IMG/VR virus record: IMGVR_UViG_3300005332_000008
Coordinates: 1-26,767 of that record
From: a virus
Taxonomy: Duplodnaviria; Caudoviricetes
Strand: one strand, 5' to 3'
Length of the DNA: 26,767 nucleotides
Program-made: the position numbers and the translations under genes
The notes under the pieces: model-generated
The model's input: the letters and a program-made list of their open reading frames with translations, nothing else
What the model was told of the DNA's origin: nothing
The model's database searches: none
Shown: positions 7,503 to 16,093 of the stretch, in pieces
Position numbering within the stretch: the stretch's first letter is position 1
Layout of the letters: every line of letters starts with the position of its first letter

Positions 7503-8942
7503 TCAGTAGATCGCGAGCGTGCCCGTCTCATTCTCGGCGAGTTCGCTCGCGCGCCAGAAGGCCGCGCGCATGGCGAGTGCCGCGTCGACCGGCTCGCCGC
7601 CTGCGGGCCGGACGAGGCGCAGAGACCCGTCGGCGAGGTAGCGCACGCGCAGGTTCCCGACGTGCTGCGCGAGGAGGTCGTCGTGGTCGTGCGCGAGCCG
7701 TCCCTCGACGATCGAGCGATACAGCTCGTTCGCGCTCGACGCTTCGAGGTCGATCCCTGAGGGCCATGCTTCGAGCGGCATCCCGGCCTCGCGCAGACGG
7801 CGGAAGAGGCGCGTGCGGATGCGGCGGTTGTGCACGACTTCGAGAACGTCCCACTGCGCGCAGGCGCGCCCGAGTTCGTCGGCGAGTTCGTCGTCGGTCG
7901 CGCGCTCTGCGGCCCAGCCGAAGAAGAGCGAGCCGTCGAGCCCGGCGCCGCAGATCGCGACCGTGCGCTGATAGGTGCCCTCGACTGCGAGCACGACCGG
8001 CGCCCCGGGCGGCGGCGGCTCGACGTGCGGGCAGCTCTCCCAGGCGCCGGGCGGAAGCCATGCCTCGGCCTGGTCGACCCAGTTGCCGAGGTGGTAAACG
8101 CGGAACTTCGCCTCGGGCAGTAGCTCGACCTGCATCGCAAGCGCTTCCATATTCAGGAAGCCTGCGGCGAGCGCGGGGTTCGCCATACGCCACGCGCGCC
8201 GGTCGTGCAGGTCGCAGCCCTCGGGCGCGGCCCACTCGCGATAGATCGTCCCGGGCGGCAGCTCGCCCTCGATCGAATCGCGCCGCAGCCGCCAGAGAAT
8301 ATTCGGGTCGAAGCCGGGCGTCCCGATCCCGAGCAGGTGCGCATCGGTTCGCTTGCCGAGGCGGGCGATCAGCGACTCGACGAGATCATCCTGCGCGAAG
8401 CCGATCTCGTCGATGATCCCGAGCGAATAGTTCAAGCCCTCGATCGCCTTCAGTCGAGCCGCGTGCACGCGCAGGCGCGAGCCGGTCGGTCGGTAGCGCA
8501 GCTCCGAGCCCATGTCGTAGAGAGCGACGCGCGAAGCGAGTTCGGGGTGCAGCTCGGCCATGCGCGAGGCCGCGACGATCACCTCGCCCGCCTGCCCGAG
8601 CTTGGTCGCGATCACGTCCACCTCGGCGTAGTCGTCGCCGCGGCAGATGCGTTCGAGCGCGAGCGCGCCGAGCAGCGTCGTCTTTCCCTGCCCGGTTGGC
8701 AGGCTGGCGAACGCGGCTAGGTGTCCGTAGAGGTCGGCGATGATCTGGCGCTGAAAGCGCGCGAGGCGCAGCGGGTGCCCGGCACCGGCGCCGGTCGGAG
8801 TCGTCGCGAAACGCCCCACCCAGCGAGCAGCGCGCCGCGCCTCGTTCGTATCTTGCCAGCGCGCCCACGGCGGCGCCTCAGCGAGAACGAGCTGCGGTTT
8901 CGGTCCCGGACGTTCGAGCCCGCGAAGTGCGTTCGTTGGCAT
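7503..8942 (-). CDS. terL: Terminase large subunit (Terminase_1/HK97-like), atypical active-site residues
   Basis: LARFQ adenine motif, LPTGQGKTT, IIDEIG, GTPG, WRMANPAL, C-terminal VDAALA. Confidence 0.92.
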   Translation of the reverse strand: MPTNALRGLERPGPKPQLVLAEAPPWARWQDTNEARRAARWVGRFATTPTGAGAGHPLRLARFQRQIIADLYGHLAAFASLPTGQGKTTLLGALALERICRGDDYAEVDVIATKLGQAGEVIVAASRMAELHPELASRVALYDMGSELRYRPTGSRLRVHAARLKAIEGLNYSLGIIDEIGFAQDDLVESLIARLGKRTDAHLLGIGTPGFDPNILWRLRRDSIEGELPPGTIYREWAAPEGCDLHDRRAWRMANPALAAGFLNMEALAMQVELLPEAKFRVYHLGNWVDQAEAWLPPGAWESCPHVEPPPPGAPVVLAVEGTYQRTVAICGAGLDGSLFFGWAAERATDDELADELGRACAQWDVLEVVHNRRIRTRLFRRLREAGMPLEAWPSGIDLEASSANELYRSIVEGRLAHDHDDLLAQHVGNLRVRYLADGSLRLVRPAGGEPVDAALAMRAAFWRASELAENETGTLAIY

Positions 8943-8963
8943 CGCGGCCTAAGATTGTCGGCC
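8943..8963. promoter_or_regulatory. Putative bidirectional leaderless promoter between terL and portal
   Basis: 21-bp gap CGCGGCCTAAGATTGTCGGCC; TAAGAT (+) overlaps CAATCT (-); no SD for either gene. Confidence 0.5.
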
Positions 8964-10205
8964 ATGCGGCTGCGCTTGCGCCGCGCCCGGGATGTGCCGC
9001 GCCTACCAGTCGGACGCGCGGAAGGTCTCGCAGTCGCTTTCGGCGGGAATCCCTGGCTGCGCGGCCTCGACCCCGATCTCGCCGGGCTCTTCGGCGATCT
9101 CTTCGGTACGGGCGGGATGAGCGAGCGGATCGGGACCGTCGACCGCTGCTTGCAGCTCAACGCGCAGCAGATCGCCTCGATGCCTCTGCGCTACCGGCAC
9201 GACGCGAACGCCGCGCCGTTTCAGCCGCGCTGGATCAGCGACCCGGACCCGGCCTGGTATCCGGGCGGGATTCACTTCGCGATCTTCGCCGCCGTCTGGT
9301 CGATCTACGCCCGCGGCGATGCCTTCCTCTGGGTGACCTCGCGCTACCAGACCGGGTTCCCTGCGACGTGGACCGTGCTCGACGCGCTGAGCATGACCGT
9401 CGAGGAGTTCCGCGGCGAGCGCGTCTACGAATCGAACGGCGTCCCTCTCGACGCCGCCGACGTGATTCAGGTCTCGCGCAACCCGACCGGGGCTCTGCGC
9501 GGGACAAGCGCGCTCGCGGCCTACTCGTCGAGCGTGACCTCAGCCTTCCTCGCTGAGCGCTACGCGGGCGACGTGTTCCAGAGCACGGGCGCGAGCCGTG
9601 TCGCGCTGCGCTCGACGCAGCGGCGCCTCTCCGAAGAGCAGGCGCAGGAGATTCAAGATCAGTGGGTGGCCGCAGTCGCGCGCCGCCTGGGCGCGCCCGC
9701 GATCCTGCCGCCTGATCTCGAACTGCTCGAAGCGCTCACGACCTCGCCGAAGGACCTCATGCTGCTCGAATCGCGCGAGTGGGACGCGAAGCAGCTCGCG
9801 GCGGCGTTCGGCGTGCCCGCAGTCCTGCTGAATATCGCCCTCTCGGGCGGGCTCGTCTACCAGGCGCCCGTGCAGCTCTTCGATCTCTGGTGGCGCTCCG
9901 AACTCGCGCCGTGCGCGATCAAGATTCAGGAAGCGCTCTCGCGCTGGATGCCTCGCGGGCACTGGTGCGAGTTCGACCCGAGCGCAGCGCTGCGCCTCGA
10001 TCCCGAGAAGCTAGTCGGTATCTACTCGAAGGCGCTCGCGGACGGCGCCGTGACGCTCGACGAGTACCGCGCCGCCGTCTTTGATCTGCCGCCGCTCTCG
10101 GAGGGCGACATGAGCGCGGAGCTGATCGAGGATTCCGGCGTGCACGTCTCCGATGCGGGCGAGGTCCCGCTCGTCCCCGAACCCATGAGCCCGGAGGTGG
10201 TCTGA
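8964..10205 (+). CDS. HK97-family portal protein
   Basis: VDRCLQLNAQQIASMPL, RGDAFLWV, LRGTSAL, LLESRE...LAAAFGVP; sits before protease and capsid. Confidence 0.93.
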   Translation: MRLRLRRARDVPRLPVGRAEGLAVAFGGNPWLRGLDPDLAGLFGDLFGTGGMSERIGTVDRCLQLNAQQIASMPLRYRHDANAAPFQPRWISDPDPAWYPGGIHFAIFAAVWSIYARGDAFLWVTSRYQTGFPATWTVLDALSMTVEEFRGERVYESNGVPLDAADVIQVSRNPTGALRGTSALAAYSSSVTSAFLAERYAGDVFQSTGASRVALRSTQRRLSEEQAQEIQDQWVAAVARRLGAPAILPPDLELLEALTTSPKDLMLLESREWDAKQLAAAFGVPAVLLNIALSGGLVYQAPVQLFDLWWRSELAPCAIKIQEALSRWMPRGHWCEFDPSAALRLDPEKLVGIYSKALADGAVTLDEYRAAVFDLPPLSEGDMSAELIEDSGVHVSDAGEVPLVPEPMSPEVV

Positions 10206-10775
10206 ATGGATGAGCGGCGCAAGCTGTCGCGCTCCTTCAAGGTCGAGCTGGAAGAAACGGAGGGCCGCATGGTCGAGGGCTGTGTCGTGCCCTACGGCGA
10301 GCCCGCGCAGGTCGTCGACGACGAAGGCACGTTGCCCTACTGGGAAGTGTTCGAGCCCGGCGCCTTCGGCAAGCAGCTCCGCGCGGCGAATCGCGTCGAG
10401 CTGGACTATGAGCACCGCGACGATCTCGGCTCCTCGATCGGTATCTGCCGCTCGTTGCGCGAGGAGGCGAGCGGGCTGTTCGGAGCGTTCAAGATTCACG
10501 CAGGCGCCTTCGGAGATCAGGCGCTCGAACTGGTGCGGGAGGGGATTCTGCCCGGCTTCTCCGTGCTCTTCTCCGACCGCTATCGCGTCTGGCAGCGCTC
10601 AGCCGAGGGAACCGTGCTGCGACGCTCCTGCGAGCTGCACAAGGTCTCGCTCTGCCGAGCCCCCGCCTACGCGAGCGCGCTTGTCACGGCGACGCGCTCG
10701 CGGCGCGAGTTCGAGCTGCCCGAGATCGACGACGGCCAGATCGAGCGCCTGCGCGCGATCGGCGTCGAGCTGTAG
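10206..10775 (+). CDS. HK97-family prohead protease
   Basis: VEGCVVPYG, EVFEPGAF, YEH, GFSV, VSLCRAPAY. Confidence 0.9.
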   Translation: MDERRKLSRSFKVELEETEGRMVEGCVVPYGEPAQVVDDEGTLPYWEVFEPGAFGKQLRAANRVELDYEHRDDLGSSIGICRSLREEASGLFGAFKIHAGAFGDQALELVREGILPGFSVLFSDRYRVWQRSAEGTVLRRSCELHKVSLCRAPAYASALVTATRSRREFELPEIDDGQIERLRAIGVEL

Positions 10776-10782
10776 AACGCGC

Positions 10783-10921
10783 TAAGGTCGGCGCCAGAAC
10801 CGCACCCCGCGAGAGCGGCGCCCGGCGTTCGGCACCCCGCGCACGGCGGCACCCCGGCCCGGCAGAGATCGATCACGCATAGCGCGGCACCCGGTCGAGA
10901 CCTCGAAGCAGGAGGACGACT
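10783..10921 (+). promoter_or_regulatory. Putative promoter (TAAGGT) and structured, repeated 5' leader of the capsid gene
   Basis: Two GCACCCCGC-loop-GCGGCRCCC units 30 bp apart; AGGAGG SD. Confidence 0.5.
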
Positions 10922-12211
10922 GTGGCACCCAATCCCGTACTTCAGCGCCTCGTTACCGAGCGCACGGAGCTGAACACGAATATCGACCGCATCCTCGATG
11001 CGGCGAACGACGAGGAGCGCGACCCGACCGAGTCCGAGCGCGAGCTGATCTCGCGCCACCGCGACCGGCTGACCGCCCTCGAACCGCAGATCGGCGAACT
11101 CCTCGACCTCGAAGAGCAGCGCTCCGCATCACGCGATGCGCGCGCCGCCCTCAGTCGCAGCGCACCCGAAGAGCCCGAGACGCCGGGCGCCCTCACGCGC
11201 ACGGCGCCGCAGCCGAAGGACGGCGAGGTGATCTACCACCACTTCGGGCAGTACGCACGCGACGAAATCCTGAGCCGCTTCGACAAGATCGCGGCTCGCG
11301 CAGGCGACGGGGCCCGCGAGCGGGCGCAGGAACGGCTCTCGCGTGCGGTCGCGAACACCCTCACCGCTGACATTCCGGGCATCCTCCCGGTGCAGCACCT
11401 CGCGCAGATCATCGACGTGATCAACCGCGCGAGGCCGGTCGTCGACGCCGTTCGCTCGGTCGCTCTGACCTCGGGCGTTCTGACCTATCCGAAGATCGCG
11501 CAGCGCCCGATCGTAGGGCCGCAGTCCGCCGAAAAGACGGAGCTGCCGAGCCAGAAGATGCAGATCACGCTTGAGCAGGCGAACGCCGTCGTCTACGGCG
11601 GCGCGGGCGATCTCTCCTGGCAGTCGATCGTCTGGTCGAACCCCGACGCGCTGAATCTGTGGTTCGAGCTGGCCGCAGAGGCATACGCCCGCACGGTCGA
11701 GGGCGTGGCTTGCTCGGCTCTGGCCGATTCGGCAGGCGCCGGGACCGGCACGGCGCCGACCGATCTCGCTTCGTGGATGGCCGCAGTCACGGCGGCGGCG
11801 GGGCAGATTTACGCCGACACCGGACGGCGGGCCGATTCGCTCTTCACGGACGGCACGATCGGTTACGCCCTGCTGGGCATGGTCTCCGCGGAGGCACCCG
11901 TGTTCCTCTCGGCGGGCCCGGGGAACCTTCAGTCGGGCACGGGCACGATCGCAGGGCTGAGGCTGGTGATCTCCAACGGCTTCGGCGGCGCGACCGCGAT
12001 CGTCGGCGACTCGCAGGCCATGCTCTGCGCAGAGAACCCCGGCGCCCCGGTCGAGCTGCGAGCGGTCGAGCCTTCGATCGCAGGCTTCGAGGTGGGCGTC
12101 GTCGGCGCCTTCCTGGCCGAGATCGTCGAGCCCGATGCGTTCGTCGCTCTGCCGGGCAGCACGCGCGCAGCGGCTGCGAGCACGAAGAGCAGCGGGACGG
12201 CGTCGAGCTAA
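10922..12211 (+). CDS. Major capsid protein, HK97 fold with N-terminal delta domain
   Basis: Coiled-coil N-terminus, GILPVQ...IIDVINRARP, AEKTELPS, strong SD, synteny. Confidence 0.92.
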   Translation: MAPNPVLQRLVTERTELNTNIDRILDAANDEERDPTESERELISRHRDRLTALEPQIGELLDLEEQRSASRDARAALSRSAPEEPETPGALTRTAPQPKDGEVIYHHFGQYARDEILSRFDKIAARAGDGARERAQERLSRAVANTLTADIPGILPVQHLAQIIDVINRARPVVDAVRSVALTSGVLTYPKIAQRPIVGPQSAEKTELPSQKMQITLEQANAVVYGGAGDLSWQSIVWSNPDALNLWFELAAEAYARTVEGVACSALADSAGAGTGTAPTDLASWMAAVTAAAGQIYADTGRRADSLFTDGTIGYALLGMVSAEAPVFLSAGPGNLQSGTGTIAGLRLVISNGFGGATAIVGDSQAMLCAENPGAPVELRAVEPSIAGFEVGVVGAFLAEIVEPDAFVALPGSTRAAAASTKSSGTASS

Positions 12212-12555
12212 TGAGCTACGCGACCGCGGAGGAACTGGCCGCAGCGCTGCACCTCCGCGTCACGACGGCGAACGAGGCAGGTCTCACGGCCTGCCTCGAC
12301 GCCGCCGCGGCTGAGATCGACCATGACTGCGACTGGATCAACCCGGGCGGGCCGACCTACGAAGCGGGCGATCAGCGGCTCGCGCTTCTGGGCCGCGTCA
12401 ATCTGGCGCGGGCGGTCGAGTGGTGGAAGGCGAACGATGCGGCCTTCGGCGTGATCGGCTTCGACGCGATCGGCGTGCTGAACGCACCGCGCGATCAGTT
12501 CGCTCGACACGCCCTCAACCTCGCGCCCTGTAAAGAGCGCTGGGGGCTCGCTTGA
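12211..12555 (+). CDS. Head-tail connector (gp6-like adaptor)
   Basis: MSYATAEEL...CLDAAAAEID; follows capsid gene. Confidence 0.75.
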   Translation: MSYATAEELAAALHLRVTTANEAGLTACLDAAAAEIDHDCDWINPGGPTYEAGDQRLALLGRVNLARAVEWWKANDAAFGVIGFDAIGVLNAPRDQFARHALNLAPCKERWGLA

Positions 12556-12977
12556 GCACGATCACGCGCGGGACACTGCTTCTCGGCGACGTGCGCGCCG
12601 CGCTCGGAGCGGCGCTCGCGCCCGAGAGCGACGAGGACCCGGACGTGCTGCCCGATCTCGTCGACGCGATCTCGCCTCCCGTGCTCATGCTCGAATGGAA
12701 CGACCCCTGGATCGTCCCGCGCACCGTCGCCGGTCTCGCGGGCTACTACGACGCTCTTCCGACCGTGCTCTGCCTCGCCTCCCGGCTCGAACCGGGGCCC
12801 GGCGTCGAGACGCTAGAGAGCCTGGTCGCGTACGCGCTCGCCCGGCTCGACGCAGACGCGAAGCGCTGGCCGGTCGAATCATCGACGGCTCCGCGCCGCT
12901 TCCAGATGGGCGGCGTCAACTACCTCGGCGCGCGCCTCTTCCTGCGCGTGCCCGTATCGATCGGAGGCAGTCCGTGA
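12552..12977 (+). CDS. Putative tail terminator/neck protein
   Basis: Synteny, size, DAISPP motif. Confidence 0.55.
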   Translation: MSTITRGTLLLGDVRAALGAALAPESDEDPDVLPDLVDAISPPVLMLEWNDPWIVPRTVAGLAGYYDALPTVLCLASRLEPGPGVETLESLVAYALARLDADAKRWPVESSTAPRRFQMGGVNYLGARLFLRVPVSIGGSP

Positions 12978-13477
12978 GTACCCCCGCAACGAAGCCGTTT
13001 CCGCTCATCCTCGACAACGCGAGCCTGCGCATCGGGACCGCTGAGGACGACCTGAGCGCCGATCTGATCGAGCTGGCCTGCGTCTCGACGCACGTCGAAC
13101 TCTCGCCAGACGTATCGGTGACGACGATCGACACCTTCTGCGGCTCGACCGACTACCCCGGAAACGTCAAGTGGACGCTCAACGCGACGCTAGTGCAGTC
13201 GTTCGATCCGGGCGCGACCGAGGAAACGCTCTCGGCGGCGGTCGCCGCAGATACGCCCGTGCCCTTCGCAGTGCGCGGATACCGCGATCGGCCGGTCGGC
13301 GCCGACAACCCCGAATGGTCCGGGATGGTCGTTCCGCAGCCTTACGCGCCGATCAACGGCGACGCGGGCGCCGAGAGCACGATCGATCTTGCCTGGTCGC
13401 TCATGGGCGAGCCGACGAAGAGCACGTCGCCGAGCGCGGCGAGCGCGAGCGCGAGCGCGGAGAAAGCGGCGGCCTAG
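12974..13477 (+). CDS. Major tail (tube) protein
   Basis: TIDTFCG, WTLNATLVQSF, DNPEWSG...INGDAG; GGAGG SD. Confidence 0.8.
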   Translation: MSTPATKPFPLILDNASLRIGTAEDDLSADLIELACVSTHVELSPDVSVTTIDTFCGSTDYPGNVKWTLNATLVQSFDPGATEETLSAAVAADTPVPFAVRGYRDRPVGADNPEWSGMVVPQPYAPINGDAGAESTIDLAWSLMGEPTKSTSPSAASASASAEKAAA

Positions 13478-13879
13478 GTGCCCGAGGAGGGCGTCGAGGT
13501 TCGAGTTCTCGGGCTCGATGAGCTGGCGACGGGCCTGCATGACCTGAGCGGCGAGATCGGGCGCGAGACGCCGCGCGGGCTGGCAACGGCGGCGGGGCGC
13601 ATGGCGACGACCGTGCGCGCGAAGGTCCCGCACGACACGGGCGCGCTCGCGGGCTCGGTCGTCTCCGGGGTCGAGGGCGATCACGCATTCCTCGGTATGG
13701 GCGAGGGCCTGCCCTACGCCGGATGGATCGAGTACGGCGGGACCCGTGGGCGCGACTACTACCCCGAGGGCCGCTTCGTCTATCCGACTGCCGTCGCAGA
13801 TCAGGGCTCGATCGAGGACGCAGCGATCGAGCAGACGAAGAAAACGATCGGAGGACATTCGTGGAAGAGTCCGACCTGA
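13478..13879 (+). CDS. HK97 gp10-like tail completion protein
   Basis: VLGLDEL, VPHDTGALAGS, YAGWIEYG, GRFVYP. Confidence 0.8.
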   Translation: MPEEGVEVRVLGLDELATGLHDLSGEIGRETPRGLATAAGRMATTVRAKVPHDTGALAGSVVSGVEGDHAFLGMGEGLPYAGWIEYGGTRGRDYYPEGRFVYPTAVADQGSIEDAAIEQTKKTIGGHSWKSPT

Positions 13880-14178
13880 AAACACTGCCGACGCAGATCA
13901 CGGTCGATGCGGCGCCCGGCTCGATCTCGTTCACGCCGAACGAGCTCCGTCTGCTCAAGGCGGCGACGGGCCGGACCATGACCGATCTCATGGGCGAGAA
14001 CGGCGAGGACGCCGACAAGATGCAGGCGGTCGTCTGGATCGAGCTGCGGCGGCGCGGGCATAGCCCGAGCTGGGAGGACGCGGGCGACGTTGCGATCGCG
14101 TTCGAGGCGCCCGTCTCGGACCCTTCGCAGATCGCTACCTCGACGGCCTCGCCGCCTTCTGCCACTTCTGGCGAATGA
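13861..14178 (+). CDS. Tail assembly chaperone (gpG-like)
   Basis: GGAGG SD before GTG 13861; precedes tape measure. Confidence 0.7.
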   Translation: MEESDLKTLPTQITVDAAPGSISFTPNELRLLKAATGRTMTDLMGENGEDADKMQAVVWIELRRRGHSPSWEDAGDVAIAFEAPVSDPSQIATSTASPPSATSGE

Positions 14179-14294
14179 GCCCGCGCGAGGTGGACGAGCT
14201 GAGCGGCGACGAGCGCGCGGCGCTCGATCGCTATATGCGGCGCTGGCTTCGTGAGCAGAAGCGGCAGGCCGAGAAGGCGCGGAGGCGGCGCTAG
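14121..14294 (+). CDS. -1 frameshift extension of the tail assembly chaperone (gpGT-like)
   Basis: At GAC-CCT-T the -1 frame reads PFADRYLDGLAAFCHFWRMSPREVDELS... up to the tape measure start. Confidence 0.7.
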   Translation, partial: PFADRYLDGLAAFCHFWRMSPREVDELSGDERAALDRYMRRWLREQKRQAEKARRRR

Positions 14295-16093
14295 TGGCGA
14301 ATCCGCAGGTCGTCGTCGAGTTCCTTGCGAACACGCAGAAGCTAGTCGCGGGCGTCAAGCAGGCCACGGCTGCGACCGAGCAGGCGGGCGACGCGACGAA
14401 GAAAGTCGACTGGAAGCGGATCGCCGCCTGGTCTGGGGCCGCGGTCGCGGTCGGCGCCGCGGCGAAGTTCGTCAAGTCGTCGGCAGATGCGACCGAGGAA
14501 CTCGCGAAGCAGACCATGGCCTTGCAGCGCGTGACCGGCTTCGACACGCAGACCGCCTCTGCCTGGATCGAGGTCCTGAAGTCGCGGCACATCGAGGCTG
14601 ACACCTTCAATAAGTCGATGGTCCTGCTCTCGAAGAGCATGACCGGCGCCGCCGACGGCTCGAAGAAGTCGGCTGCGTACTTCAAGGAGCTGGGCGTCTC
14701 GATGGAGGACGTCCGCCGCGGCAATACGCAGGCCGTGCTCATGCAGGTCTCGGACGGGCTCGCGGGCATGACGAACTACTCCCGCCGGGCTGCGATCACG
14801 CAAGCGCTCTTCGGGCGATCGTCGGCGAAGTTGACGCCGCTGCTTTACAAGGGCGCCGACGCGATTCAGGAACAGCTCGACATGGCGACGAAGTACGGCG
14901 CCACGCTGGGCGATAAGACGACGAAGCAGGTCGCCGACATGGCCGCGCATGAGCGTGAGATGCAGATCGCGTTCGACGGCGTAAAGGTGCAGCTCGGGAC
15001 CGCGCTCATCCCTGTGCTCTTGCAGCTCTCGCAGGTACTGATCGCGGTCGTTCGCGTCATTCAGCCGATCGTCGCGAACGGGACGGCGCTCAAGATCACG
15101 ATCGGGCTACTGACCGCCGCGTTCCTCGCGTGGAAGGTCGTAGCGCTCGCGACGACCGCCGTCGACTACGGGCTCGCGACCTCGCTCACGGCTGCGCTGG
15201 GACCGATCGCGCTCGTCGTCGCCGCGATCGTCGGCCTGATCGCGATCGGGATTCTGCTCTGGAAGAACTGGGACCGGATCAGCGCCGGGCTCGCGACCGC
15301 CTGGAACGCGATCAAGCAGGCGGCTCTCTCCGTGATCGACTGGCTGAAACGAAACTGGCCGCTGATCGTCGGGATAATGACGGGCCCGCTCGGCATCGCG
15401 GTCGCTCTGGTCGTCTCCCACTGGGACCGGATCAAGCAGGCGACGGCCTCGGCCTGGAACGCGATCAAGGGCGTGCTCACCGCTGCGCTCAACGCGCTCA
15501 AGGCGCCGATCAACGCTTTCGTTTCGTGGTTCGCGGACGCCTGGGGCGCCGTGCGCACGACGCTCTCGCGCGTTGCGAGCTGGTTCTCGATCCCGATCGA
15601 CGCGGCGCGCGCTATGGCCAGCGCCATTCGCGGCATCGTCTCCGGGCTCGTCTCGGCGCTCGGCGGCTTCGTCGACTCGATGCGCGGCGTCGCGACGCGG
15701 ATCGCGAACGCGATCAAGGCGCCGATCAACGCCGTGCTTTCAGCCTGGAACGGGCTCGCTCTGACCTTCCCGAAGGTCTCACTGCCCTCGATCAATATCC
15801 CGCACATCGGCCACGTCGGCGGGCAGTCGTTCGGCGGCTGGCGCTTCCCATTCCCGCACATTCCGCTACTCGCGCGAGGCGGCATTTTCAGCTCGCCGAC
15901 GCTCGCGGTCGTGGGCGAAGGCGCCGGGCGCGAGATCGTCACGCCCGAGAACCTGCTGCGCTCGATCGTCGCCTCGACGGTGCCCGTCGTGCACGTCTAC
16001 ATCGGCGACACGGAGCTGCGCGACCTCGTTCGCGTCGAAGCGGTCTCGGTCGATAACGCGACCGCGCGCTCGCTGCTCGGAGGGCTCGCCTAG
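14294..16093 (+). CDS. Tape measure protein, 599 aa
   Basis: Ala-rich helical protein, ALFGRS, Trp/Phe-spaced repeats, C-terminal LARGG...VVGEG. Confidence 0.92.
   Translation: MANPQVVVEFLANTQKLVAGVKQATAATEQAGDATKKVDWKRIAAWSGAAVAVGAAAKFVKSSADATEELAKQTMALQRVTGFDTQTASAWIEVLKSRHIEADTFNKSMVLLSKSMTGAADGSKKSAAYFKELGVSMEDVRRGNTQAVLMQVSDGLAGMTNYSRRAAITQALFGRSSAKLTPLLYKGADAIQEQLDMATKYGATLGDKTTKQVADMAAHEREMQIAFDGVKVQLGTALIPVLLQLSQVLIAVVRVIQPIVANGTALKITIGLLTAAFLAWKVVALATTAVDYGLATSLTAALGPIALVVAAIVGLIAIGILLWKNWDRISAGLATAWNAIKQAALSVIDWLKRNWPLIVGIMTGPLGIAVALVVSHWDRIKQATASAWNAIKGVLTAALNALKAPINAFVSWFADAWGAVRTTLSRVASWFSIPIDAARAMASAIRGIVSGLVSALGGFVDSMRGVATRIANAIKAPINAVLSAWNGLALTFPKVSLPSINIPHIGHVGGQSFGGWRFPFPHIPLLARGGIFSSPTLAVVGEGAGREIVTPENLLRSIVASTVPVVHVYIGDTELRDLVRVEAVSVDNATARSLLGGLA

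Noticed and set aside
4700-8963. Actively invertible segment explaining the terL orientation
   Set aside because: No convincing inverted repeats at the two boundaries (only short GC-rich matches) and no invertase gene.
8721-8963. N-terminal extension of the portal in the ORF track
   Set aside because: Overlaps terL in antisense; portal-like sequence starts after ATG 8964.
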